Source of the DNA: a virus
DNA: 64,000 nucleotides
Direction: 5' to 3' (one strand)
IMG/VR virus record: IMGVR_UViG_3300016476_000584
Coordinates: 117 to 64,116 of that record
This document shows positions 1 to 8,786 of the stretch, one piece after another. The position numbers and the translations under genes are program-made. The notes under the pieces are model-generated. The model was given only the letters and a program-made list of their open reading frames with translations, was not told the origin of the DNA and did not search any database. Position 1 is the first letter of the stretch. Every line of letters starts with the position of its first letter.

Positions 1-33
1 GACGCATATTCCAAGCTGATTCAGCCTGCGGAT

Positions 34-531
34 GTGCTGGCCGTTCGTGCGGAGTATAACCGCCAGATTGGCGAATTTCAAGCGGCAGGCCATCGCGTTA
101 TCTGCGCGGCCTACAATTCTGCCTTTGATTTCAAATACTTGCCTGAGACGGTCGCCGTCCTGACGGATGGTGCTGTCACGCGGTGGCTTGACAAGCGCGT
201 GGAACTGATGGACATTTGGGACTTCTGGGGCGAATCGGTGCCGCGTCATTACGCGCAAAAGGCGAGTGCTAGCGCGTCTGGCCGATTCGTTTCGACCTCT
301 GCCGAGGAAGCCTACAAATACGAGTTTGTCAAGGACGATTTTGTCGAGCGGCATATCGCTTGGTCGGACGTTGAAATCGAATCGGACATTCTGGTGCGGG
401 CGCTCTCGCGCAAGAAAAAAATGCCGGTTGTCAAGTCCCCCGCCGAACTGGCTGGCGCGGTGTGGCAGAAAATCAACCGGCGACTCGGCATCGACGGCAA
501 GGCACAGTTGCCGCAGGCTGTCAACGCCTAA
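34..531 (+). CDS. hypothetical protein, possibly 5'-truncated by the window edge
   Basis: 165-aa ORF with a GTG start at the window edge; followed by a GC hairpin plus T-run at 533-566. Confidence 0.4.
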   Translation: MLAVRAEYNRQIGEFQAAGHRVICAAYNSAFDFKYLPETVAVLTDGAVTRWLDKRVELMDIWDFWGESVPRHYAQKASASASGRFVSTSAEEAYKYEFVKDDFVERHIAWSDVEIESDILVRALSRKKKMPVVKSPAELAGAVWQKINRRLGIDGKAQLPQAVNA

Positions 532-566
532 GTGAGGGGCTTCGGCCCCTCATTTTTCTCAACAAA
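532..566 (+). terminator. rho-independent terminator
   Basis: Hairpin GAGGGGC-TTCG-GCCCCTC followed by TTTTTT. Confidence 0.6.
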
Positions 567-572
567 ATCAAT

Positions 573-612
573 GGGTTAGCGGGCGGGGCGCGGTCTGCCC
601 TAAGCTGTTGAA
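573..612 (+). repeat. GC-rich intergenic element, copy a
   Basis: AATGGGTTAGCGGGCGGGGCGCGG...CTAAGCTGTTGA; family recurs at 1095, 1683, 2183, 2743, 3731, 4459, 5115 and 5240. Confidence 0.6.
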
Positions 613-633
613 AATGCACACAAAATTACCCGT

Positions 634-662
634 TGCAGACACTAACGAATCACCGTATACAA
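634..662 (+). promoter_or_regulatory. sigma70-like early promoter
   Basis: TTGCAG-N17-TATACA followed by the AAATCATCA leader and a CAGGAGG ribosome-binding site. Confidence 0.55.
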
Positions 663-682
663 AATCATCACAGGAGGTTGCC

Positions 683-1075
683 ATGACTAAAGTTTTCGTC
701 CCTGACTGGTATGACCCGCCGAGCGGCTGGCGGTATGGATTTCCTAAAACGTGGCCCGCAGGATTGGAACGGTCAGACGAAACGTTGGCTGCACAACTCA
801 AGGCTGACGGATATCCTGAAGATGCAATTCCCGTGGCTGTCGGACACACTCGATTCGGAGGGCACTTTGAAGTGACTGGAACATATGAAGAATGGATGAA
901 GCAGGTTGATCAAATTTTGATCAAACGCACTGGCGGTCTTGATCAGATGATGCTGCCTGACTGGCTTAGCCGCGACTCCTATGAGTGTGGCATGACTCCC
1001 GAAGAAGGTGCGGACGCCTGCCTAGAGTCGGCTGGATGGGAAGATGACGACGAAAGGATTGTTGACGAACTCTAA
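683..1075 (+). CDS. acidic early protein, hypothetical
   Basis: ORF 608..1075; likely start is the ATG preceded by CAGGAGG. Confidence 0.5.
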   Translation: MTKVFVPDWYDPPSGWRYGFPKTWPAGLERSDETLAAQLKADGYPEDAIPVAVGHTRFGGHFEVTGTYEEWMKQVDQILIKRTGGLDQMMLPDWLSRDSYECGMTPEEGADACLESAGWEDDDERIVDEL

Positions 1076-1268
1076 GAAAAACCCAGCTATTTCAATGATA
1101 TAGCTGGGGCGGCGCCCCCGCGGCTAAACTGTTGATTTCATTGCATAATTTAGTTCGAGCCAGACTCCATTTTCTGCGTGTCAAGGCAAAAATTCCTCTT
1201 GCTCCCTGCCTCGATTCGCGTTATACATATCTCACTGAAGCGAAACAGCCAACATGAGGAGATTGCAA

Positions 1269-1595
1269 ATGGCTGAACCGAAAGTGAACTACACCGAGTC
1301 GATGGTCGAGCAGATGCTGCAAATGTATGCTGAACTCGGTAACGAGGGCATCGAGCAGATTGCCCAAACTCTGGGCAAGCCTGTGCGCTCCGTGCGGTCC
1401 AAGCTGGTCCGCGAGGGTGCCTATGTGGCCGATCCCAAGGCCCCGAAGGCTGCCAAGGTGGAAGGCCCCACCAAAAAGGAACTGGTCAACGAACTGGAAT
1501 CGCTGGTCGATTTCCCCGTTGACGGTTTCATGGGCGCTACCAAAGAGGCTATTGCCTCTGTGATCGCTCTGGCGCGGGCGGTGAAAGCCGCCTGA
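1269..1595 (+). CDS. GcrA-like DNA-binding protein
   Basis: IEQIAQTLGKPVRSVRSKLVREGAY resembles the GcrA N-terminal motif; paralog of 2526..2732. Confidence 0.45.
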   Translation: MAEPKVNYTESMVEQMLQMYAELGNEGIEQIAQTLGKPVRSVRSKLVREGAYVADPKAPKAAKVEGPTKKELVNELESLVDFPVDGFMGATKEAIASVIALARAVKAA

Positions 1596-1617
1596 GCCTA
1601 ACCCGTGGCGAGTGTCA

Positions 1618-1652
1618 AGCCCCTGCCGAAAGGCGGGGGCTTTTTTTGTGTC
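1618..1652 (+). terminator. rho-independent terminator
   Basis: GCCCCTGCC-GAAA-GGCGGGGGC followed by TTTTTTT. Confidence 0.6.
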
Positions 1653-1682
1653 TAAAATGCAACACTAAAAAACTCAATGATT

Positions 1683-1730
1683 TCAATAGGTTAGCGGGCG
1701 GGGCGCTGGCTGCGCTAACTCGTTGATTCA
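1683..1730 (+). repeat. GC-rich intergenic element, copy c
   Basis: AATAGGTTAGCGGGCGGGGCGCTGGCTGCGCTAACTCGTTGA; the TTAGCG/CGCTAA stem encloses GGGGCGC. Confidence 0.6.
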
Positions 1731-1799
1731 TATCGTTTATTTCCTATATTGACGAAATATAGCGAATCGCCTATAAAAGCTTTAACAGAGGAGATAGCC

Positions 1800-2051
1800 A
1801 TGAACCGCTTCGAAGAATCAAAAGCCGACACGCTCAGCCGTTTGCCTGTGCTGCGCTTTATGAACGCAATCGGCATGATTGCTTGGCGTGATGACCGCTA
1901 CGGCGGAGCCGAGCAACGGTTGCGTATGCTGCACCCTCTCTCGTGGCCGTGGCTTATCGTTATGGTTCTGTTTGCCGTTATCATGCACGGCGTGGTTGAG
2001 GTGGGGAAAGAACTGAAAACTCTTTGGCGCGGTCAGTGCGTGTGGTGGTAA
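1800..2051 (+). CDS. small membrane protein
   Basis: ATG preceded by AGGAGATAGCC; hydrophobic segment LIVMVLFAVIMHGVV; promoter TTGATT-N16-TATATT upstream. Confidence 0.4.
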   Translation: MNRFEESKADTLSRLPVLRFMNAIGMIAWRDDRYGGAEQRLRMLHPLSWPWLIVMVLFAVIMHGVVEVGKELKTLWRGQCVWW

Positions 2052-2182
2052 TATGTCGCGCCATAAACAAGCCCGCACGCAAAAGCTGATTGATTATTAC
2101 TACAGGTTGTCAAGAAAAACAACTTGCGATCTTAAACGCTGGCACTTTCGTGCAATGGCTCTAGAACTGGAGATTGAACTAG

Positions 2183-2235
2183 CAATATCAAGGGGTTAGC
2201 CACCCCGGCGCCCCGCTGTCTAACACATTGAGAAC
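2183..2235 (+). repeat. GC-rich intergenic element, copy d
   Basis: AAGGGGTTAGCCACCCCGGCGCCCCGCTGTCTAACACATTGA. Confidence 0.6.
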
Positions 2236-2262
2236 ACACAGAAAAATAACTCTTGCACTCTG

Positions 2263-2292
2263 CTCATGATTCGTCGTATAGTTAATCATCAA
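2263..2292 (+). promoter_or_regulatory. sigma70-like early promoter
   Basis: TTGCAC-N18-TATAGT, then the TAATCATCA leader and an AAGGAAA ribosome-binding site. Confidence 0.5.
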
Positions 2293-2305
2293 GAAAGGAA
2301 ATCAC

Positions 2306-2524
2306 ATGGAAGCACCTTCGGTTTACATCGTCCATCACAACGGAGCGGACGTTGAATGTTACGGAACGTTGGAAGAGGATTCCAATTTCAGCGTTGTCTG
2401 TGAGGATGAAGAGGTTGACGACGTTTGGTGCTACGGCATCGAAGGCGAGTTGACCTGGGAAAATGTGGTTGCGGAATTGCAGCCGCAGTTTGATTCTCGC
2501 ATCGTTGAAATCGGGACTTGCTGA
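2306..2524 (+). CDS. small acidic protein
   Basis: 72 aa with a ribosome-binding site. Confidence 0.45.
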   Translation: MEAPSVYIVHHNGADVECYGTLEEDSNFSVVCEDEEVDDVWCYGIEGELTWENVVAELQPQFDSRIVEIGTC

Positions 2525-2525
2525 C

Positions 2526-2732
2526 ATGAAACCGATTTGGGAAAGCTGGCCGCAATGGCTGACTGACGCTGTCGTGTCGGCCTATAAGAGCGGCAAAGAA
2601 CCGGCAGAAATTGGAGCGGTTCTTGGCCGCCGCGAGGCAGTGATTCGCGGCAAGCTGGTCAGGCTCGGCGTATACGAGAGCGCCGCCATGAAACGTCAAC
2701 TGAAGATTGCAGAGATGGCAGAAGGCTTTTAA
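2526..2732 (+). CDS. GcrA-like DNA-binding protein
   Basis: WESWPQWLTDAV...PAEIGAVLGRREAVIRGKLVRLGVY matches the GcrA N-terminal domain pattern (W...L...LW..G.SA.QIA..LG...RNAVIGK.HRLGL). Confidence 0.5.
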   Translation: MKPIWESWPQWLTDAVVSAYKSGKEPAEIGAVLGRREAVIRGKLVRLGVYESAAMKRQLKIAEMAEGF

Positions 2733-2742
2733 TATCAAGGGG

Positions 2743-2790
2743 TTAGCCACCCCGGCGCCCCCGCCCGTAACACACTGATTGTAAACAGTT
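2743..2790 (+). repeat. GC-rich intergenic element, copy e
   Basis: Near-identical to copy d. Confidence 0.6.
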
Positions 2791-2798
2791 TTTTGTTG

Positions 2799-2827
2799 TT
2801 GCAACGTCTAGAGAATCACCGTATACA
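2799..2827 (+). promoter_or_regulatory. sigma70-like early promoter
   Basis: TTGCAA-N17-TATACA followed by TAATCATCAG and AAAGGAGA; drives a 52-aa ORF at 2852..3010. Confidence 0.55.
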
Positions 2828-3086
2828 TAATCATCAGCAAAGGAGATAGCGATGGAACTGAGCATGAGCATGTTTGTTCGTAAAGAAGATCGGGATGCGC
2901 TCGATGAAGCTGTGCGTGCATCGCGTATCAAGGCTGCTGCCGTTGTCACACGTCTGCAAAGCAGCGGCACTCACTGGACCCTGACCACTAAACCGGAGAA
3001 AAGCAAATGAGAATCCGTATTCGTCTCAGCAAACCCAAACGCAGCCGCCGTCAAATCTGGCGTGCCAAACTCGGAGGTATCTTTCG

Positions 3087-3290
3087 ATGAGCAAACTTTA
3101 CACGTTCGTCATTCCGTTTAGCGGAACCATGAGCGTTTGGCTGGAAGCCGAATCCGAAGAAGAAGCCCGCCAAAATGTTCTGGACGGAAATTGGTGGGAC
3201 TCCAACGAAGAATCATTTGAATCGCATCCTGAAAAGGATATGGTTCTTGTCAGTGTCGAAGAAATCACAGAAGGAGAAATTGAGGAATGA
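3087..3290 (+). CDS. small acidic protein
   Basis: 67-aa ORF. Confidence 0.4.
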   Translation: MSKLYTFVIPFSGTMSVWLEAESEEEARQNVLDGNWWDSNEESFESHPEKDMVLVSVEEITEGEIEE

Positions 3291-3712
3291 AACGTTTTAT
3301 CGTCGCCATCATGGCGTTTCTGGGCCTGTTCACGCTGGTCGCGTGTCAGGATGATGCAAAGGTGGCAAGCTATAACATCAGCAAAGCCGCCGACAATTTC
3401 GAGATTGACCGCCGAATCGTTTTCTATAACGGCATCAACGGCGAATATATGCTCACAATCGAGGGTCGATGTTCAATCGAGGACCAGACCACTCAACTTG
3501 AGGTTACTTGCAAGGTCGGACCAAACGCCTTCAAGAAGCACTTCCTTGGGTTGAGCGATAACGTCACGTATTTCGCTGAACAGCAAGAAACCGCCGATGT
3601 GAGCGTGTATCATCACCGAATCACATTCAAGCCGCAAAGCATCCTTGGTGACGTTGACTTCCGCGGTGACGCAGGGGAACTGACCCAGAACAAGAGCGAG
3701 GCGATGCAATAA
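3287..3712 (+). CDS. putative lipoprotein
   Basis: Signal peptide with lipobox LVAC. Confidence 0.5.
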   Translation: MKRFIVAIMAFLGLFTLVACQDDAKVASYNISKAADNFEIDRRIVFYNGINGEYMLTIEGRCSIEDQTTQLEVTCKVGPNAFKKHFLGLSDNVTYFAEQQETADVSVYHHRITFKPQSILGDVDFRGDAGELTQNKSEAMQ

Positions 3713-3730
3713 CAAAAAAAGCCTGATAAT

Positions 3731-3780
3731 CCAATGGGTTATCAGGCCGGGCGCCCAGGCCCGTAAGCTACTGAAATCAT
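3731..3780 (+). repeat. GC-rich intergenic element, copy f, acting as terminator
   Basis: GCCTGATAA-TCCAATGGG-TTATCAGGC hairpin, then CGGGCGCCCAGGCCCG and CTGA. Confidence 0.55.
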
Positions 3781-3794
3781 TAGAAACTTAGTTA

Positions 3795-3823
3795 TTGCAA
3801 CCAACCACGAATCATCCTATACA
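3795..3823 (+). promoter_or_regulatory. sigma70-like early promoter
   Basis: TTGCAA-N17-TATACA followed by TAATCATCGAAAGGAAA; drives a 40-aa ORF at 3845..3967. Confidence 0.55.
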
Positions 3824-3978
3824 TAATCATCGAAAGGAAAACGAGATGGACCTGACCTACGAAGAATACATCGAGTTTATCAACCACCTCTTCTTGCAAG
3901 AGTTTGTTGACTTTCAGTTTCACATGGGTGATACTGAATCCACTGTCGAATCACTCACAATCCTCTGAGGAGAAAGAG

Positions 3979-4215
3979 ATGACCACCTACACTGTTATCT
4001 GGCGCGATGCTGGCGAAGATTTCATGTTCACGGAAGTGACGACGGCTGTTGAGCCTGCCGAACTGACCACGACTGATTGGGTCGTCATGGCAGGCGAAGT
4101 CGAATATGCCGAATGGTCCGTCGAAGAACGGATTGCCGCTCTGGCCGATCTGCTTGATGGCTATGAACTCTTGGATGTGCTGATCGGTGAACCGCAATCT
4201 GCACTTTTTGCATAA
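3979..4215 (+). CDS. small acidic protein
   Basis: Ribosome-binding site GAGGAGAAAGAG; part of ORF 3904..4215. Confidence 0.45.
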   Translation: MTTYTVIWRDAGEDFMFTEVTTAVEPAELTTTDWVVMAGEVEYAEWSVEERIAALADLLDGYELLDVLIGEPQSALFA

Positions 4216-4225
4216 GGAGCGAATC

Positions 4226-4450
4226 ATGTATGTGCTGCTATACGTTGATAGCAACAACGAACCTGGCTATATTCAAGGAACCGTTGAGGAAATCAACACA
4301 CGATTGCGAACTCTCTGGATGAATGGCGACATTGACCGCGACGAATGGGAGTTTCGTTCTCCGTGGCAAATGCTTGGCATTGAGGATGGAGCCTTGACTC
4401 CGATTGAGCGCGTTGAGTGCTCGCATACTCCATACTTCGAGGTGCACTAA
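4226..4450 (+). CDS. small hypothetical protein
   Basis: Ribosome-binding site AAGGAGCGAATC; followed by a terminator hairpin at 4459-4487. Confidence 0.45.
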   Translation: MYVLLYVDSNNEPGYIQGTVEEINTRLRTLWMNGDIDRDEWEFRSPWQMLGIEDGALTPIERVECSHTPYFEVH

Positions 4451-4524
4451 CAAAAAACCCTGTATGTTCAAGGACATACAGGGCGGGCGCCTCGGACCCC
4501 AAACCATTGGAATCCTTAGCTTTT

Positions 4525-4893
4525 TCAATAGGCCAGATATTCAATCTTGACCACATCCTTGAGAGGAACGCCAGTATCCTCACACACGCCACGCACATGG
4601 TCGGCAACATCAAGCAGAGTTGCTGCCGACACAATCATATCAGAGCGATGGGCAAAGCAGACCCGCCACATGGTCTGAGAAATCTCAACAGCCTTGACGG
4701 TTGCTTTGGGCGGGACTACGCGGATTACCGCAACATTCCTACGCCCCATGCGTTCCCATTCAATAGGGTATTCTGCTTTCATAATGTCGCAGAAATCATT
4801 GAGAGCATCGGGCGCGGTGTCAGCGATAATCTCCAGGCTGATACTTTGGCCGCCTTGCGGACCGTATTCTCCGACAACTTCATATTTCGGCAT
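4525..4893 (-). CDS. hypothetical protein
   Basis: Starts MPKYEV... behind ribosome-binding site GGAGAC; convergent with the early block. Confidence 0.4.
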   Translation of the reverse strand: MPKYEVVGEYGPQGGQSISLEIIADTAPDALNDFCDIMKAEYPIEWERMGRRNVAVIRVVPPKATVKAVEISQTMWRVCFAHRSDMIVSAATLLDVADHVRGVCEDTGVPLKDVVKIEYLAY

Positions 4894-5319
4894 TGCACGT
4901 CTCCTGTATTCAGAAAAGAGAAGCCTATTCACTATCAGCAGGATGGCCATCCCTACAGCGTCAAGTTACCGACCCAGTATCATCCGTGCAGGCCGCCCGT
5001 GTGATGGGTGGAGGCGGTGCAGTCTGTCGCGGCATCGGCTAGGCTTCTCTTTACTGCCTACTCAATCTTTATACGCGATTCTCACCGACCATGCAAACGA
5101 AAAATAACTACACGATTTCAACGGGTTAGCAGTCGGGGCGCCCAGCCTCCTAACTCATTGATACGACTAAGAAATTCATGCAAGGGAATAACCTTGCATT
5201 TGCTCAATGCAAGGTTCTAGACTTGCATAATTAAAACAATGGGTTAACAGTCGGGGCGCCCTACCCGCCAAGCAATTGAAATCATTCATCTTTTCCACCA
5301 CACGTGCAACGCGATGTCA

Positions 5320-5680
5320 CCACAACCAGCAGCAGAGCTGCCAAGCGCAGCTTGCGCCAAGTAGAAAGTAGATTTTTGACCATGCGGCCGTCCAGTACGA
5401 TTTTGATTTGTGTGCTACCAGTGCTCAGTCTATGAGAGCGTGGCTGCGCCAGTAGGAAAATGGCAAGTACTTTTTTGACGCGTGTGGTGGGATTCGTGCA
5501 AGTACCGGTTTGATTTCGTGTCCTGCAACGGTGCGCAACTTCGTTGCGACGGCGGGTGCGGAGCACCAGTAGGCAACCGGCAAGTAGAATTTTGATGCGT
5601 GTGGTGGGATTCTCACGATTCGTTGTACGATTCCGGGTCCTGCAACGGTGCGTCACTTCGTGACATGCCGAATCACCCCA
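5320..5680. repeat. three tandem ~115-bp repeats
   Basis: Unit CCAGTAGGNAANNGGCAAGTANTTTTTGACGCGTGTGGTGGGATTC..TCCTGCAACGGTGCGNNACTTCG; copies 2 and 3 are near-identical, copy 1 is degenerate. Confidence 0.7.
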
Positions 5681-6657
5681 TCCCACTAATGAAAAGAGCC
5701 CCTAGGAGCAATCCTAGGGGCTTTTTGGCATTCGAGAAGTGTGAAATGACCTGAAAATCCGCTTGGACGTAGTCCAACAGGCCTGCTAGGCAGGGGGTAG
5801 GTAAATTTACAAGTGTTTTTTCTAAAATATGGTCAATTTGGAGGAATTTAAAAGATTATTTCTTGACAGAATAGGTTGTAACCTATTTTTACGGATTTCT
5901 GGCGCGGTCGGCTAGGGATAATTATCGTTACTAGACTAAAATCTCTCTCAGAATCAAGATAATCACTAGACAGAGTCCTGGTCACTAAGAGAATCTAAAA
6001 TCTAGATAGAGTCCTAGATCATAGGAAAATAAAACTAGGACCCTATGCCATTTCATGGCATCATTAGCCCCCTATGCCAATTCTTGGCAAGACGGGCATG
6101 CCTTGTGGGCCTGAGCCACTCCGTGGCAGAGCTAAAGGGAACTAAAATTGAACTATAAAACTAGTATAAAACCTGTAATAAATTAATAATAAACGATAAT
6201 CACATCATTAGGCCAGATTCTGGTCTTCATGGTCAGCCGATATCCGCTACGCGGATGCTCGCCAAGTGAGATTCGCGTACGCGATGGACTGTTCTGCACA
6301 ATTCCAGTGGACCCCCGCACACTTCCGCTCATTTCCCCATACTTGGAAAACAACGCTCACTGAGAGCGCTTCGCTGACGCTACGCGCTCCACACAACTAA
6401 GCATCGTTTTCGGCTTTGTGGACTTGCGCGGAGCGCAACTTCGTTGCTTAACCTGCTTTTTTGTCTACCTCTCAATCGTACACCTAAAAAGATTCATTGT
6501 CTAGTAGCCGAATTATAAAAAAGTATGGTTGAGGACCATTTTAGAATATTTTTTTAATGCCCTGCCCCCAGCGCAAATAGGTCGCTAGACAGTTAAGAAA
6601 ATTATGCTTGACCTCAACCAGTGGCCGTGTTAATCTAGTATCAAAGGAGAACAAATT

Positions 6658-6900
6658 ATGTATACCGTTACAACAAATGCTGACTGGCGTGTAGCCTCAG
6701 CCAACTCAACTGTAGCTTTTCAGGTAACTGGAGCAGGTGCAGTATTCGTAGGACTAGGAACCAATGCGGCTCCTGCCGCAGGATTTCTATACGAAGCCAA
6801 CCAAGGAGACCGTGGGGCCTTAACTGACATATTCCCTGCTTCTAGTGGAAATGTGGTTTGGGTTCGTTCCAGCTTCCCAAGTGAGGTTACTCTAGGATGA
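6658..6900 (+). CDS. small Gly/Ala-rich protein, possibly structural
   Basis: Strong promoter TTGACC-N17-TAATCT and ribosome-binding site AAGGAGA. Confidence 0.45.
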   Translation: MYTVTTNADWRVASANSTVAFQVTGAGAVFVGLGTNAAPAAGFLYEANQGDRGALTDIFPASSGNVVWVRSSFPSEVTLG

Positions 6901-7706
6901 AATCACCTTTCGACACGTTCGGGGTGAACTCTTGGGCGCCTGGACAGGACGGAGGGTCTACAGTGCTAGGCGCACTCAAGAGTCTTGCTAGAACTCTATC
7001 CGGCATCTCAGCCAACGCCACTAGCGTGGCAACGGCTGTATCGACCATTGAGAGTAGAGGATTGTCAGTGTGGGCAGCCCCCACTGCAACCAAGGTTGCA
7101 GAAGCTCTTGTGGGAACCACTGGAACAGTATCGGCTGGTACATTTCAGTATCGTGCCGGCGGTCCTCTTGGCGCTCGTGATCTAGGCGCTCTAACTGGAG
7201 CTACTCCAGCCGCTGGCTTGCCTTGGAACGGGATGGCTTTCTGGGATGGAAATTCGTTTAGAGGAATCCTCGTTTGGGCCTGGACAGGCGATACGATAAA
7301 CTCTCTAGGTGACATTGTGGCTGGTGCTCGTCCTGTTACCACACCTGCTTCCATCTTCTCACCTGTGACCGGAGACAACCTGTTCCGTCGCGTTCGTCCA
7401 CTAGTCATCGACTCGGGTGGCAACATTGTGCTAGACGGTAGCGATGGCGCTACTGGATATCAGTTCTCATCTGCTCAAAACCCAACCTCAAATGGATACT
7501 ACTCAACCTCATTCTTCTCACAAGACGATGGAGTTTGGGGCATCCGCCCAGGAGCCTCGATTGATGGTGACACGCCTGGGCCCTCACTCACCACAGGATC
7601 GTATGGATTTCAGAACTTTAACGGCAGCGAACCTGTCAGCTCATACTGGTGGGGTGGCACTGCTCAGACTTCTACCACGTTCGTTGGAGTTGTATTCTCT
7701 GCATAA
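6897..7706 (+). CDS. Gly/Thr/Ser-rich protein, possibly structural or fibre-like
   Basis: 269 aa of low complexity; followed by a terminator hairpin GGGCCCTCACGGGCCC plus T-run. Confidence 0.4.
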   Translation: MKSPFDTFGVNSWAPGQDGGSTVLGALKSLARTLSGISANATSVATAVSTIESRGLSVWAAPTATKVAEALVGTTGTVSAGTFQYRAGGPLGARDLGALTGATPAAGLPWNGMAFWDGNSFRGILVWAWTGDTINSLGDIVAGARPVTTPASIFSPVTGDNLFRRVRPLVIDSGGNIVLDGSDGATGYQFSSAQNPTSNGYYSTSFFSQDDGVWGIRPGASIDGDTPGPSLTTGSYGFQNFNGSEPVSSYWWGGTAQTSTTFVGVVFSA

Positions 7707-7717
7707 GAAAAGGGCCC

Positions 7718-8251
7718 TCACGGGCCCTTTTTGGTAGATGCTCGTTGAATTGCTCGGCGTTCTATGGTGGCTAGAACTCCTGAGAATAGAGTGTGTAGGT
7801 TTCTATAGATCCACCGGATAGGACGATTGACGAGATCCCAGGCTACTCCCCACGGCCATAGAACTGCCCACGATGAGATTCGATGGCTGTTCCACGAGGC
7901 TGTATAGTCACGGAAGCGATAGCTCTTACGAAAATCGTCGTGGGAATAGTCGGTTGGATTTGCCCGTACATAGTCGTTCCAAGCTGAGGCGATCTGAGTC
8001 TCACGTGCACGGATCCAGCGTGGAAATCGGATCATGGTAGCATAAGCTAGTCCTACGAGTACATAGGCTACCAGAGCAGCCACTCCTAGCAACGGATTTG
8101 CTAGGGCAGCAGCCCAAACAGGAACCTGGAACCACCACTGAACAGCGGCTCCTACAGCTAGGAAGCTGACAAAACCTCCAAACCAGTTCTCGTACTCTAT
8201 GGATGCAATTCCTAGAACGGCAATGACCAATAAGGCTAAGATTTCAATCAT
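7718..8251 (-). CDS. membrane protein
   Basis: Multiple hydrophobic helices. Confidence 0.4.
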   Translation of the reverse strand: MIEILALLVIAVLGIASIEYENWFGGFVSFLAVGAAVQWWFQVPVWAAALANPLLGVAALVAYVLVGLAYATMIRFPRWIRARETQIASAWNDYVRANPTDYSHDDFRKSYRFRDYTASWNSHRISSWAVLWPWGVAWDLVNRPIRWIYRNLHTLFSGVLATIERRAIQRASTKKGP

Positions 8252-8786
8252 GAGGAGTCTCCAAGGCTATGCGGCGTACCGCGCTTCTTAATGTGTTTAG
8301 GTCGTGGTCGTTAGTGACGATGCGGTCAGCTAGGTGTCTAATGTCTTGCTCGCTAGCATGCCCATCACTCTGAGCGCCAGGTCGGTCAATCCAGATGAGT
8401 ATTCCACCTACCGCACGAAGTGCGTCCACTTCATGTGGAAACCTTATATCCGAACAGCAGACCGGGTTTGGCTTTAGCATTCTCACACGGCGTTGCCACA
8501 TTGGAATCCAAAGGTTCGGGTGGATTGAGTTTCGCCACTCTGTACCCAGCTGCTGCATTGCATGGCGCGGAGTTTGATCGTACAACCATTCATCTGGCTG
8601 CTCCTTAAGATCACCTTCTAGACGACGTTCCACTTCGTCGTGTGTTAGTCCGCAATACTGATACATAGTGCGTAGCATTGCTTTGAGCGGTGCAGCCATC
8701 TTCACATCTACGAAACCTAACTGTTCTAGCGTTTTGACGGCTTCGCTCTTGCCGCTTCCTTTAAACCCTGCGAAGGCTATAATCAT
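8244..8786 (-). CDS. deoxynucleoside monophosphate kinase (T4 gp1-like)
   Basis: P-loop AFAGFKGSGKS; length and pattern fit the phage dNMP kinase family. Confidence 0.6.
   Translation of the reverse strand: MIIAFAGFKGSGKSEAVKTLEQLGFVDVKMAAPLKAMLRTMYQYCGLTHDEVERRLEGDLKEQPDEWLYDQTPRHAMQQLGTEWRNSIHPNLWIPMWQRRVRMLKPNPVCCSDIRFPHEVDALRAVGGILIWIDRPGAQSDGHASEQDIRHLADRIVTNDHDLNTLRSAVRRIALETPHD

Noticed and set aside
5320-5680. Possible CRISPR array
   Set aside because: Repeats are ~115 bp and directly abutting with no unique spacers of regular length, and there are no cas genes. This is not a CRISPR architecture.
5282-5686. 134-aa minus-strand ORF
   Set aside because: It lies entirely within the tandem 115-bp repeat array, has a repetitive Arg-rich translation and no ribosome-binding site. 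It is more likely a non-coding repeat region.
6040-6130. Sigma54-type promoter (TGGCAC-N5-TTGC) in the TGCCA/TGGCA palindrome cluster
   Set aside because: The GG-N10-GC spacing and the TTGC element are not present; the palindromes are more likely protein-binding sites.
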